Positions 9,422-19,384 are shown, counted from the first letter of the stretch. The stretch: 64,000 bases of DNA from Armatimonadota bacterium (GCA_963677485.1 OY781964.1:4032001-4096000); one strand, 5' to 3'. The notes: generated by a model not told the origin, from the sequence alone. Translations and numbers: made by a program.

Positions 9422-9979
9422 ATGTTCGGCTTATCAGCCTTTATCCTACCGTCTCCACCTCCATCTGAGGGACTGCATCCATTAATCGTACACATGCCGA
9501 TCGGACTATTACTGGTTGTGCCCTTTCTGATTCTGGGCGGTCTGCTGGCCAGGAAGTGCAACATGGCCTGGTGGGGGGCTGCACTTGTCACCTTACTGAT
9601 AGGCACCATCTCAGCATGGGTCGCCGTTCGGACTGGCGGTATGTCGATCAAGGGCGGAGTGGTGGCTACAGCCATCGCTATGAACCCAGATAGTTCTGAT
9701 GCTATTATGAAACTTGTGGGCGAACACGCTGATGCGGCAAAGGACGTGCGCAACATATTCACGGTTATCACAGTTCTATTTGCTGCCTTCATGGCGACTG
9801 TCGCCATGCGAAAACTAGAATTGAAGAAACTGGTGTTGTGGGGTGTTGCCGCCATCTTCATGGTGTTGTGGCTGTTCGGTGCGGTTAAGCTTACCCAGGC
9901 TGGGCATATGGGCGCCACTCTGGTGCATAAGTACCAAGTCACTGTGCCTGTGGAGGCGACGCCGGACGCGAAACCATAG
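9422..9979 (+). CDS. DUF2231-type four-TM membrane protein
   Basis: LHPLIVHMPIGLL, AWVAVRTG, EHA and AGHMGATLVH motifs with four hydrophobic helices; start uncertain (ORF open from 9338). Confidence 0.75.
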   Translation: MFGLSAFILPSPPPSEGLHPLIVHMPIGLLLVVPFLILGGLLARKCNMAWWGAALVTLLIGTISAWVAVRTGGMSIKGGVVATAIAMNPDSSDAIMKLVGEHADAAKDVRNIFTVITVLFAAFMATVAMRKLELKKLVLWGVAAIFMVLWLFGAVKLTQAGHMGATLVHKYQVTVPVEATPDAKP

Positions 9980-10096
9980 GCTTCCCGCACGAACCGGATA
10001 TCGTATCTTCGCTGAGGTCATAGAGGGCATGTCAGTTCGTAGTTTCATGTCCTTTATTGTGTCCAAGTAACGAATAAGAAGATGAGATGGTGGTGT

Positions 10097-11494
10097 ATGT
10101 CGAACAGGTTTCTGTTTATTGTGATCGCGATGCTGACTGCGAACTGCGCGGGGCTTACTCACGCCGCGCCGATAAAGCCCGGTAAATCTGTGGCTGGTTT
10201 CTATAAGGTTCGCCAGCAGGATGGTGTCTGGTGGCTGATCGAACCCAACGGTAAAAAGTTCTATTCAGTGGGCGTCTGCTCAATTCAGCCTGTGGGGGAT
10301 GATGCTCCTGAGCTGGGATATGCCCCTTACAACCGAAACATCAAGGCGAAATACGGCAGCGAAGGGGCCTGGGTGACCGTGACAGAGATCCGCCTGAAGT
10401 CGTGGGGGTTCAACAGCCGAGGGGCTTGGAGCACGCAGCCGAAAGCTCTCCCAGAGTTCATCAACCTCGACTTCAGCAGCGGTCACTGGCAGAAGGGCAC
10501 CTTGCCCGACTACTTCAGCCCGCAGTTTACGCAAAGTGTGGATGAGACAGCGAAGGCAAGGACACGCCCCACCGACCACAACCTCATCGGATATTTCACC
10601 GACAACGAGCTGCAATGGGAGACAGACTGGCGGTTTGGCCCGTCGATGTTCGACCTCTACACCGCACTGCCACAGACTGCCGAAGGGAAGCAGCAACAGA
10701 AGACTTTTCTGCAGCAGCGGTATGCCACACCTGCCGATTTCAACAAGGTATGGTCGCCAGCCATCAATAGTTGGGATGAGTATGATAGCTTGACTAAGCT
10801 GAAAGCCGTCGACGAAGTGCTGGCACAGCGTGACCGCACAGAGTGGACGTTGAAGGTGGCGCGACACTATTTCCAGGTGACCACCACCGCCATCCGAAAG
10901 TACGATCCAAACCATCTGATCGCTGGATGCCGGATCACCAGTTGGACGGTTCCCGAAGTGGTGGTGCAAGCCTGCGGCGAATATTGCGACATCATCTCAA
11001 TCAACCACTACGAGCTGGGTCCGTTGGGATCCTTCGCCTATGCTGCGATGAGGCCGTCGGTCAAGACTCTGGCGGTGGATCTGAGCTTCAAGGAGTTCTA
11101 CCGGGCGGGCAAGAAGCCGTTGCTGATCACTGAGTTTGGCTTTCGGGCCGATGACAGCGGATTGCCGAACTCCCACCCCGATGGCAAGCTGGTGCAACCG
11201 ACCGTTCCCACCCAGAAATCCAAGGGTGAGAAGTATGCACAGTGGGTGACCACCTGGGCGAAGACGCCTTACTTTGTGGGCTGCCACTGGTTCAAGTATA
11301 TGGATGAACCCAAAGAGGGCCGGTTCGATGGCGAGAACGGCAACTACGGGCTGGTGAACATCGAGGATGCGCCTTACACGCCGTTTGTGTCGCTTGTGAC
11401 CAAAGCAAACAAGCAGTTGGTGACACTGCATACGCCCCAGTCCACGAAGAAGCCAGCCAAGGTGGGGCCGAAACCAAAAGTGAAGCCACAGTGA
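10097..11494 (+). CDS. Secreted beta-agarase-like (GH50-related, clan GH-A) glycoside hydrolase
   Basis: GFYKV..DGVWWLIEPNG, LKSWGFN, LIGYFTDNEL, LLITEFGF, HWFKYMDEP..DGENGNYGLV; signal peptide. Confidence 0.75.
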   Translation: MSNRFLFIVIAMLTANCAGLTHAAPIKPGKSVAGFYKVRQQDGVWWLIEPNGKKFYSVGVCSIQPVGDDAPELGYAPYNRNIKAKYGSEGAWVTVTEIRLKSWGFNSRGAWSTQPKALPEFINLDFSSGHWQKGTLPDYFSPQFTQSVDETAKARTRPTDHNLIGYFTDNELQWETDWRFGPSMFDLYTALPQTAEGKQQQKTFLQQRYATPADFNKVWSPAINSWDEYDSLTKLKAVDEVLAQRDRTEWTLKVARHYFQVTTTAIRKYDPNHLIAGCRITSWTVPEVVVQACGEYCDIISINHYELGPLGSFAYAAMRPSVKTLAVDLSFKEFYRAGKKPLLITEFGFRADDSGLPNSHPDGKLVQPTVPTQKSKGEKYAQWVTTWAKTPYFVGCHWFKYMDEPKEGRFDGENGNYGLVNIEDAPYTPFVSLVTKANKQLVTLHTPQSTKKPAKVGPKPKVKPQ

Positions 11495-11495
11495 T

Positions 11496-12551
11496 ATGGA
11501 TGTAGAAAGCACGAGCACACCTCAGTCGACCCGATTATCGCGCATCACGGGCTGTCTGCTGGCGGGTGCGGTGGGCGATGCGGTGGGCGCTGCTGTGGAG
11601 TTCAGGAGCATGGCCGAAATCCGCCGGACATACGGCAAGAAGGGCATTCAGGATTATGCGCCGTGTTACGGTCAGGCTGGGCGGTTCACGGATGACACGC
11701 AGATGACCCTTTTTACCGCAGAAGGGCTACTACAGGCACGGCAAAGCAGTATGGATGCTCACGAAGCGGATTACAGAAAATGCGTGCTGGAGGCTTACAT
11801 CCGCTGGCTAGGAACGCAAGGCACGATATCAAAGAGGTCCGAGCTGGCGTATATCTACCAGGGTGTTTTGTGGAACACACGTGAGCTTCATGCCCGGCGC
11901 GCTCCCGGTGGCACCTGCCTGAGCGGACTCTCGCGATATCTTGGCAGTATGGAGTCAGGCGGTGGCGATACGGATCTGCATCCGCTCAACCACAGCAAAG
12001 GCTGCGGCGGTGTGATGCGCATGGCGCCAGTCGGCTTTGTCTCGGGTGTAGACCACTTTGCATTGGGATGCGAGCTGGCGAAGCTGTCTCATGGGCACGT
12101 CACCGGCTACCTGCCCTCGGGTTATCTGGCCTTAATGATCCACCATTTGGTGGAAGGTACAGGCCTCATGCCGGCTATCGAGTTATGCACAGAACGGCTG
12201 ATTCAAGAAGCTGGGCATGAGGAAACCTTGGCATGTATCACGCTGGCGTGCGAGCTGGCGGTATCGGTTGAATCCTCGCCTGAGACTATCGAGCGCATAG
12301 GCGCGGGATGGGTGGCGGAGGAGGCCCTGGCCATTTCGCTGTTCTGTGCCATCAAGGCGCAGAATTTTGAGCACGGCCTCCGGTTGGCGGTTAACCACAG
12401 TGGTGACAGCGACTCCACCTGTGCGATCACTGGCAACATACTTGGCGCGTTACACGGTATGGAGTATATACCCAGTCGCTGGATCGAGCCACTGGAACTC
12501 AGAGGGCTGATCGAAACAGTGGGGCAACAATGCGCTTCGACATGGACATAA
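11496..12551 (+). CDS. ADP-ribosylglycohydrolase (ARH/DraG family)
   Basis: GAVGDAVG, FTDDTQMT, SKGCGGVMR, NHSGDSDST motifs. Confidence 0.93.
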   Translation: MDVESTSTPQSTRLSRITGCLLAGAVGDAVGAAVEFRSMAEIRRTYGKKGIQDYAPCYGQAGRFTDDTQMTLFTAEGLLQARQSSMDAHEADYRKCVLEAYIRWLGTQGTISKRSELAYIYQGVLWNTRELHARRAPGGTCLSGLSRYLGSMESGGGDTDLHPLNHSKGCGGVMRMAPVGFVSGVDHFALGCELAKLSHGHVTGYLPSGYLALMIHHLVEGTGLMPAIELCTERLIQEAGHEETLACITLACELAVSVESSPETIERIGAGWVAEEALAISLFCAIKAQNFEHGLRLAVNHSGDSDSTCAITGNILGALHGMEYIPSRWIEPLELRGLIETVGQQCASTWT

Positions 12552-12627
12552 ACACCATCCACAGATGCGATACCATGAAGATGGTGGGCATTTATGATGC
12601 CCGCCACACCAATCCGGGAGTAGACAG

Positions 12628-13176
12628 ATGCAAGTCACCACAGACCAGATATTAGAGATCGCCAACGGGCATGGGGCCACCTTTGTGCGGGAGGTAAACC
12701 CACTAGACATCACCGCGGAGCAGTGCTACCGCGATGCCTGCGCCACCAATGCGTGCGGAAGCTATGGTAAATACTGGACCTGCCCTCCAGGCATAGGCGA
12801 CCCCGAGAACAAAATCGCTGAAATCAAGGGTTACGAGAAACTGTTTGTCGTCCAAAACATCACCGAACTCGAGGACTCATGGGATTTCGAGGGAATGGGT
12901 GAGGCTGCTGAAAAGAACCAGACGGTGGTACGGGCCATCGCGGCAGATCTGCGATTGCGGTTCCCTGATCTTCGGATCAAGGCGATGGGCAATGGCGGCT
13001 GTGGCTTGTGTGAAAAATGCACCTGCCCTGACGAACCGTGCCGGCATCCCGACGAGGCCACTCAGGCGATTGAGGGTCTGGGCATCAACGTGAAGGCGCT
13101 GGTGGAGAGCGTGGGCTTGAAATACATCAACGGCCAGAACACCGTCTCGTTTGTGGGCATGGTGCTGGTGGGGTAA
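12628..13176 (+). CDS. DUF2284 Cys-rich metal-binding protein
   Basis: ACxxNACGSYGKYWTCPP and GGCGLCEKCTCPDEPCRHP, IEGLGINV. Confidence 0.85.
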   Translation: MQVTTDQILEIANGHGATFVREVNPLDITAEQCYRDACATNACGSYGKYWTCPPGIGDPENKIAEIKGYEKLFVVQNITELEDSWDFEGMGEAAEKNQTVVRAIAADLRLRFPDLRIKAMGNGGCGLCEKCTCPDEPCRHPDEATQAIEGLGINVKALVESVGLKYINGQNTVSFVGMVLVG

Positions 13177-13192
13177 GTATGGGAAATCATAG

Positions 13193-13987
13193 ATGGACCG
13201 TATCATGAAGACAGGACTAGCATTGAGCGGGGGTGGTGCCTTGGGCATTGCCCATCTGGGCGTTTTAGATGGACTTGAGACGTCGCAAATCGACATTGAT
13301 ATGGTGTGCGGCACCTCTGCCGGTGCCATTGTGGGCGTGCTGTATGCCGCTGGTGGTGTGGAGTATGTTCGCCGATTTTTCAAAGAACTGGGCACTTACA
13401 GTGTGATCAACCCTCGGAACATCCTCAAGATACGCAACCCTCACGGGTTCTTCCTTCAGATTGAGAAACTGCTTCGAGAGATCATCACCGTTACATCCTT
13501 CGAGCAGCTACGGATCCCATGCTCCTGCGTCGCCACCGACGTGGAGAGCGGGATGGTGACTGTGCTCAACTCCGGCGACCCCATCGAATGCGCCATGGCC
13601 TCCGCCGCCTATCCCGGTGTTTTTCCGATGCAGAGGATCGGCAGCCGGCACTTCATTGATGGGGCGGTCAGCTTGAACATGCCCGTAAGTCCGCTGAGAG
13701 AGCAGGGCGCGGAGTATGTGATCGCCTCGTCGGTGTATTGTCTGGCAGGGCTAAGCCATGAAGCCGAGAAGCTGAACGCCTGGCAGATCGCAGCGCGCGC
13801 GCTGGAGATCATGGAAAACCGCATCAACGCATATGAACTGCAAAACGCCGATTTCGTGTTTTCACCGCCTGTGATGGGCTACACATGGTTCCAGTTTTCT
13901 GAGTTCGATAGCATTTTGGAAGTCACCAAACCTTATGTGCTTCAGCGAGTTAAGGAGCTTAAGGACGTGTGCCCGGTGAGGGTCTGA
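13193..13987 (+). CDS. Patatin-like phospholipase
   Basis: LALSGGGALGIAHLG, GTSAG nucleophile, ASAAYPGVF, DGA. Confidence 0.93.
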   Translation: MDRIMKTGLALSGGGALGIAHLGVLDGLETSQIDIDMVCGTSAGAIVGVLYAAGGVEYVRRFFKELGTYSVINPRNILKIRNPHGFFLQIEKLLREIITVTSFEQLRIPCSCVATDVESGMVTVLNSGDPIECAMASAAYPGVFPMQRIGSRHFIDGAVSLNMPVSPLREQGAEYVIASSVYCLAGLSHEAEKLNAWQIAARALEIMENRINAYELQNADFVFSPPVMGYTWFQFSEFDSILEVTKPYVLQRVKELKDVCPVRV

Positions 13988-14075
13988 ATTCCGCACGGGA
14001 TGCGATGGTGCATGAGCGAGTTGTATACTTGGCGGAAAATCGCATGACCGATTCGTGAAAAAGTGGGAGAGATGA

Positions 14076-15518
14076 GTGGAATACGTATTAGGGCTTGACC
14101 TCGGCACCACCAGCATTAAACTAGTGGCGTTCGATCTCCATGCTAAACAAGCCGCCGCCTGCCAGGCACCCAATCCGATTACCATACAGGCTGATGGATC
14201 GCGTGTGACGTGGGCCGCTGATGTGGTAAATGTGGTCGAAGGGCTGATGACGCAGATGGCCACGCTGGTTCCCAAAGACCGGGTGGCTGGTATTGGCATC
14301 AGCACCGCGATGTTTGCTATCCAGCCTGTCTCAACGGAGAATGAGCCGCTTTCCATGTCGCGGAGCTGGGCCGACGGAGTCAAACAGCAGCCGCTCGGTA
14401 CCAGCCAGGCTGAGTTCTATGCCCAGACGGGCTGCCGCATGAATCCGATCTACCCACTATACAAAATCCGCCGATTACAGCTAGACCATCCTGAGCTGGA
14501 TGCGCCGAATATCCGCTGGGTGAGCACAGCCGAATATCTCTTCTTCAAGTTGACCGGTGAATGGCTGGTCAGCAAGTCGATCGCCTCATGCTCGGGCCTT
14601 CTGAATGTGCACACGCTGGCATACCATCAGTCTGCGCTAGACTGGGCGCATCTGAGCGTATCACAGCTAAACCCGCTGACGGATGAAGATACCGTCCGGC
14701 CGATCAAGGCCGGTGCGTATGCCGGCGTGCCGTTGGCGATCGGCGCGACCGATGGGCCGCTGTGCCACTACGGTACGAACTCGCTGGCCCGCGGCCAGAT
14801 GACCTCCACCATCGGAACCAGTGCCGCGGTGAGGATTGTCAGCGAACGTCCGCTGCTTGATGAGCAGATGCGAACCTGGTGTTATTACCTCGGCAACAAT
14901 CTATGGGCTGTCGGGGGAGCCATCAATGGCGGAGGCATCGCGCTGCAGTGGCTGCGCGAGCAGCTCCTTGGAACTGAAGTGGGTTCGGATGCCTTGGTAT
15001 CCGATGCGATACACGCGGTGGCTGCCGGCTGTGATGGTTTGACTGTGGTGCCTGAGCTGATGGGTGAACGCTGCCCTGGCTGGGACGAAAACATGCGCGG
15101 AGCCATCTACGGCTTGTCGTTGAACCATACGAAACACCATCTGGTCAGGGCGATTATCGAGGGCATCCTGTATCGGCTGCTGAACATCAGCCGGATTGTG
15201 CAGCAGCTCTCCGGTCTAGATGAGACCGTGCTCCGAGCAAGCGGTGGGTATGCCAACAACAAGTCCTGGGTGCAGGTGCAGGCCGATCTGTTCGGGTGTC
15301 CAGTGGAGCTGCCGATGGTGACTGAAGCTTCCGCGCTGGGAGCGGCCTGCTTTGCCGCGCAGGGCAGCGGGTTGATGTCCGCTGAGAGTATGGCGCAGGG
15401 TGTGGTCAGCCACCAGAGGCATCTGCCCGACGCTGATCTCTATGAGGCATACCAGCAGGCATACGAACGATCAGAACGCTTGTGGGCGGCGGTGTCGCAG
15501 GCGTTTGGCGGCAAGTGA
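14076..15518 (+). CDS. FGGY-family carbohydrate kinase (gluconokinase-like)
   Basis: LGLDLGTTSIK, IGATDG, TIGTSAAVR, GGAINGGG, GERCPGW, ASGGY, EASALGA. Confidence 0.85.
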   Translation: MEYVLGLDLGTTSIKLVAFDLHAKQAAACQAPNPITIQADGSRVTWAADVVNVVEGLMTQMATLVPKDRVAGIGISTAMFAIQPVSTENEPLSMSRSWADGVKQQPLGTSQAEFYAQTGCRMNPIYPLYKIRRLQLDHPELDAPNIRWVSTAEYLFFKLTGEWLVSKSIASCSGLLNVHTLAYHQSALDWAHLSVSQLNPLTDEDTVRPIKAGAYAGVPLAIGATDGPLCHYGTNSLARGQMTSTIGTSAAVRIVSERPLLDEQMRTWCYYLGNNLWAVGGAINGGGIALQWLREQLLGTEVGSDALVSDAIHAVAAGCDGLTVVPELMGERCPGWDENMRGAIYGLSLNHTKHHLVRAIIEGILYRLLNISRIVQQLSGLDETVLRASGGYANNKSWVQVQADLFGCPVELPMVTEASALGAACFAAQGSGLMSAESMAQGVVSHQRHLPDADLYEAYQQAYERSERLWAAVSQAFGGK

Positions 15519-15520
15519 CG

Positions 15521-16312
15521 ATGGATACGCGTGAACGCCTGATCGAAGAGAACCGCCAGCGGTGGGACGCGCTGGCAAAGGCGAATGTGATGTATTCAGT
15601 GCCCTTCCTGCAGTTCAACAAGGAAGACGCGGCTCGATACATTTACCGGCATGAGTTCATCACCGACGTGGCGGGTAAAGAGGTGCTCTGCTTGGCCAGC
15701 GGTGGTGGTCAGGACTCCGCCGCTTTCGGGTTGCTGGGTGCTCACGTGACGGTGTATGATCTGTCCGAGGTGCAGTTGCAGCGTGATCAGCAAGCTGCTG
15801 AGCACCACGGCTACGATGTGGCGACTGTGCAGGGCGACATGTGCGATTTATCGGTATTCGCAGATGGCCGTTTTGACATGGTCTGGCAGCCCTACTCCAT
15901 CAACTTCTGCCCTGAGATCACTCCCGTCATCGCTGAGGTCGCCCGAGTGCTAAAACCCGGCGGGCTCTACCATCTGGCATTTGCGAACCCGTTCGCGGCG
16001 GCCACCGACAACGAGTGGGCAGACGGCGGATATCGCCTCCGCGGTCTGTATGCCGATGGTGAGGAGATCAGCAGGTATCTGCCGGCGATGTTTGAGGTGC
16101 AGCAGCCCGACAGCTCGGTCATCAGCGTGCCGCACCCTCATGAGTTCCGGCATACCTTCAGCACTGTGATGAACACGATGGCTCAGAACGGGTTTGTGTT
16201 TCTGAAACTTACCGAGTGGATGCGTGAAGAAAATCCGCTTGTGGAGGGGAGCTGGGCCCACTTCACACTGTGTATGCCACCCTTCTTCGAAAGCTACTGG
16301 CGTCGATCCTAA
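15521..16312 (+). CDS. Class I SAM-dependent methyltransferase
   Basis: VLCLASGGGQ motif I, VTVYDLS, QGDM, ARVLKPGG; alternative GTG at 15515 overlaps kinase stop. Confidence 0.9.
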   Translation: MDTRERLIEENRQRWDALAKANVMYSVPFLQFNKEDAARYIYRHEFITDVAGKEVLCLASGGGQDSAAFGLLGAHVTVYDLSEVQLQRDQQAAEHHGYDVATVQGDMCDLSVFADGRFDMVWQPYSINFCPEITPVIAEVARVLKPGGLYHLAFANPFAAATDNEWADGGYRLRGLYADGEEISRYLPAMFEVQQPDSSVISVPHPHEFRHTFSTVMNTMAQNGFVFLKLTEWMREENPLVEGSWAHFTLCMPPFFESYWRRS

Positions 16313-16373
16313 CATAAACCTAAAGTGGTAAACTGTAGCAAAGCAAACCTTGCTTCGAAAGGAAGTCCCACAG

Positions 16374-17456
16374 ATGACTCTATTAAGCCTGTTCGTGATC
16401 TCTGTAATCGCATTAGTGACCCTACAGCCAAAGAAGGCGTTGGCCGATGATATCAAATGGCGAGATGCCGCCTCACTAGAAGTCGAGGGGAGGGGATGGA
16501 GCCACACCGCAGGTCCATATGACAGGCTGCCTGATTCCGCCAAAGGTAAAATCAACTGGCTGGCTTGGGATCTCAGCAAGAACACGGCTGGTATTTGCAT
16601 CCGCTTCATCACAAATGCTGCAGTAGTCAGCGTGAAGTGGACGGTGACGAGTGCTAATATGGCCATGCCTCATATGCCAGCGACTGGGGTGAGCGGACTC
16701 GATCTGTATAGTAGGAACGCCAATGGTGAGTGGCGGTTTGTGGGTAATGGCCGACCTGGCGGTGTAGACAACGAATCGTCATTTAACCTACCTGAGGGTG
16801 CTAAGCTTCTTCGTGAGTGCCTGCTCTATTTACCTCTATATAACGGAATTAAATCGCTGACCATCGGAGTGCCCGCTGACTGCCGACTGGATGTTGCCGC
16901 TCCCCGGCCAGCGCGTCAGCGAAAGCCTGTGGTGGTATACGGGACTTCGATTGCTCAAGGCGGATGTGCTTCGAGGCCGGGTATGCTCTGTTCGTCGATT
17001 CTGGGCAGATGGCAGGACCGTACGATGGTAAACCTGGGTTTCTCAGCTTCAGGTGATATGGTACCTCCAGTCGGCGAAGTGCTGGCGGAGATTGATGCGG
17101 CGGCTTTTGTCATCGACTGCCTGTGGAACATGGGTGACCTCGAGCAGAAGGAGTTCGATCGGCGTGTGTTTGGGTTGGTACAGGCTATCCGAAAAATACA
17201 TCCTGTCACACCCATCGTGTTTGTAGGGCAGTCGTTGATACAGTCCGAAGCACATCCCACATCCATGACCCGCAAGCAAGAGGCCTCGGTGCACAGCTTG
17301 CAGAAGCAGGGTGACAAGAACCTCGTGCTGATACCAGGCGACAAGCTGATCGGCGACGATGGCGAAGCCACCGTGGACGGCGTCCATCTGACCGACTTGG
17401 GCATGGACCGTCAAGCCAAGGTGATGCTGCCGGTGTTGAAGAAGCTGCTTCGTTAA
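16374..17456 (+). CDS. Secreted SGNH/GDSL hydrolase with GxDLY N-terminal domain
   Basis: SGLDLY, YLPLYN, YGTSIAQG, NLGFS, DGVHLTD; signal peptide. Confidence 0.9.
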   Translation: MTLLSLFVISVIALVTLQPKKALADDIKWRDAASLEVEGRGWSHTAGPYDRLPDSAKGKINWLAWDLSKNTAGICIRFITNAAVVSVKWTVTSANMAMPHMPATGVSGLDLYSRNANGEWRFVGNGRPGGVDNESSFNLPEGAKLLRECLLYLPLYNGIKSLTIGVPADCRLDVAAPRPARQRKPVVVYGTSIAQGGCASRPGMLCSSILGRWQDRTMVNLGFSASGDMVPPVGEVLAEIDAAAFVIDCLWNMGDLEQKEFDRRVFGLVQAIRKIHPVTPIVFVGQSLIQSEAHPTSMTRKQEASVHSLQKQGDKNLVLIPGDKLIGDDGEATVDGVHLTDLGMDRQAKVMLPVLKKLLR

Positions 17457-17507
17457 ATTGGATGTCTTCTGGCTGCTCTTCAGCGGCCAGAAGACATCGC
17501 ATGCCGT

Positions 17508-17732
17508 TTATGATTTACGGACTTTGGCGACGATGATGGCATCTTCCTCATTCAATGAGATCAGCTCATTCCTCGTCTTTTTGCACCAGGCATCGATATC
17601 TTGTTTGAACCCTAAGTCCCCGACTTCTATGGTCACAATGTCACCAGGATCAAGCTCTTTAACTTTGCTTGACAGGCGCACGATGGGTCCAGGGCACTGC
17701 AGTTCCCGAGCATCTATGTTGTATACAGCCAT
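17508..17732 (-). CDS. tusA: TusA/SirA family sulfur carrier
   Basis: IDARELQCPGPIV motif, 74 aa; AAGGAG RBS. Confidence 0.85.
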   Translation of the reverse strand: MAVYNIDARELQCPGPIVRLSSKVKELDPGDIVTIEVGDLGFKQDIDAWCKKTRNELISLNEEDAIIVAKVRKS

Positions 17733-17844
17733 GATCGTCTCCTTATTGACACGGGTAGTCCACCAAACGGATCTAGACGGGTGTGGCAGCAGCCTGTTTG
17801 TGAGCTGTGACTTGGCCACAGTGGCCTCAGTACTGATACAAAAC

Positions 17845-17894
17845 TAAACCAGTCTGTTTACTAGATTATATCTGTTACCATGGCCGTATTGCGA
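17845..17894 (-). promoter_or_regulatory. Promoter of tusA-like gene with palindromic operator candidate
   Basis: Minus-strand TATAAT at 17870-17865, weak -35 TCGCAA at 17894-17889; TAAAC-N6-GTTTA palindrome at 17845-17860 next to the predicted +1. Confidence 0.45.
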
Positions 17895-17933
17895 TAGCGG
17901 TGCTTGATGAACCTGAAATCCTGGTAAATATAT

Positions 17934-18473
17934 TTAAAGAGCCGTGCTATCATGAGCCGGGGTTGGGCGTTGTCTGCGTGCCAGACGCAAACACCTCGTT
18001 ATGAATGGGGTCTTTCCCGCGATGTACAGATCAATGTCATGTGGGTACAGCGCGGCTAGCTGCTTCTTCAGCTCACCATACTCGATGACGGCCTCTCGAT
18101 GGGAGCGCAGATAGTCGCGTAGATCAATGTGGTCAGCCAACGCACCCGCACCAGCAACACAGGCGTAGAGGTGGTGAGCTGGAAGGCCATTTAACGGTTG
18201 GCGAAATGCTTCCCGGCCTGTGATGCCTAAATCGCCTTCATGAGAGTATCCCAGAGCAGATAGTCTTGTGATCACCTCAGGCAGCAGTTCAATTGAGGGC
18301 AGCACGATGTCCATGTCGATGATAGGTTTCGCTGCTAACCCAGGAACTGATGTGCTTCCTACGTGTTCTATAGGGACTGTCAGTGGCGTGATCCCGGCTT
18401 CGATATGCTCCCTGATCTGCTCGAACCAACGGACCCATTCGGGATTGTAGTCATCGACAATGATTGTTCGTAG
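17934..18473 (-). CDS. GrpB family (nucleotidyltransferase-fold) protein; 5' end lacks a canonical start codon
   Basis: Frame is open 53 codons upstream of the ATG at 18314 and encodes RTIIVDDYNPEW..IEHVGSTSVPGLAAKPIIDMD; C-terminal LRDYLR..YGELKKQLA..YIAGKT. Confidence 0.8.
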   Translation of the reverse strand, partial: LRTIIVDDYNPEWVRWFEQIREHIEAGITPLTVPIEHVGSTSVPGLAAKPIIDMDIVLPSIELLPEVITRLSALGYSHEGDLGITGREAFRQPLNGLPAHHLYACVAGAGALADHIDLRDYLRSHREAVIEYGELKKQLAALYPHDIDLYIAGKTPFITRCLRLARRQRPTPAHDSTAL

Positions 18474-18478
18474 CCTAT

Positions 18479-19384
18479 TTACGGCGATGGCTCTTCACCG
18501 ATGCTGTGTACTTTCAGGGCCTTATCTCCTCTGCTGATGCTGTAAATCCGGAACGGGTAGGGTTCGGCTGCATGAATATCCTGGTATCCGCAGAAGTATA
18601 GCGTCTGCCCGTCTCGCGACCATATCGGTGAAGTGGCAAACAGATTTTCGGCGGTCATTCGCGTATGCTTTTTAGAGACCAGGTCCATGACATACAGTGC
18701 GGTATTCGGTTCATCGACGACTTTTTCGAACAACGCGGTGGGCTTGACAAAGCGGGTATACGCGATGAGTTTGGGGTTATTCGGACAGGGAGCAAAGCTG
18801 TCCGTGCTCGAAATCTGGCTGCCGCCCAGTAACGACTTCACACTCGTCTTCCAAACCACCGTTCCGCAAAGATCCAATCGATAAACTTTGTTCATGTCAT
18901 GAAACATTAGGCTGCGCCCATCACCTGCCCAGCGCAGTGAATAGAAGTTGTCGATGCCATATTTACCGGATACACCGATGCGTTTGAACCCTTTGCCGTC
19001 TGCCTGTATCGTACATAGAAGATGACCAACCCCTGTAAAGCAGGTGAAAGCAATCGTCTGAGAGCTGGGACCCCACTTTACGTCGTAAATCAAGTTCCGT
19101 TTTGTGAGCACAGTGGCTCGCCTCGTCCTGAGGTTCCAGACCACCAACTCGTATATCTCGCTGTCGGGCATCGATCTGCGGGTGAATGCGATCTTCGACT
19201 GGTCTGCACTAAGGCTTGGGCTACGGCCTTTCGTGATTTTGATGGGCGTTTTAGATCCTGCCGGCAGCAAATAGATGATGTTTTTGCGGCTGAACACCAG
19301 CGTATCGGGTGCGGATGCCAGGCATGAGGCAGCGGCGGCCATCAAACCGGCTGCGATGATCAGACGACAAAGTGTGTTGTTCAT
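18479..19384 (-). CDS. Secreted TolB-like (PD40) beta-propeller protein
   Basis: Signal peptide; repeats SPSLSADQSKIAF, WGPSSQTIAF, WAGDGRSLMF, SPIWSRDGQTLYF. Confidence 0.8.
   Translation of the reverse strand: MNNTLCRLIIAAGLMAAAASCLASAPDTLVFSRKNIIYLLPAGSKTPIKITKGRSPSLSADQSKIAFTRRSMPDSEIYELVVWNLRTRRATVLTKRNLIYDVKWGPSSQTIAFTCFTGVGHLLCTIQADGKGFKRIGVSGKYGIDNFYSLRWAGDGRSLMFHDMNKVYRLDLCGTVVWKTSVKSLLGGSQISSTDSFAPCPNNPKLIAYTRFVKPTALFEKVVDEPNTALYVMDLVSKKHTRMTAENLFATSPIWSRDGQTLYFCGYQDIHAAEPYPFRIYSISRGDKALKVHSIGEEPSP

Noticed and set aside
17735-17845. Riboswitch in the tusA-like leader
   Set aside because: Only weak hairpins and no recognisable SAM or Moco riboswitch consensus.
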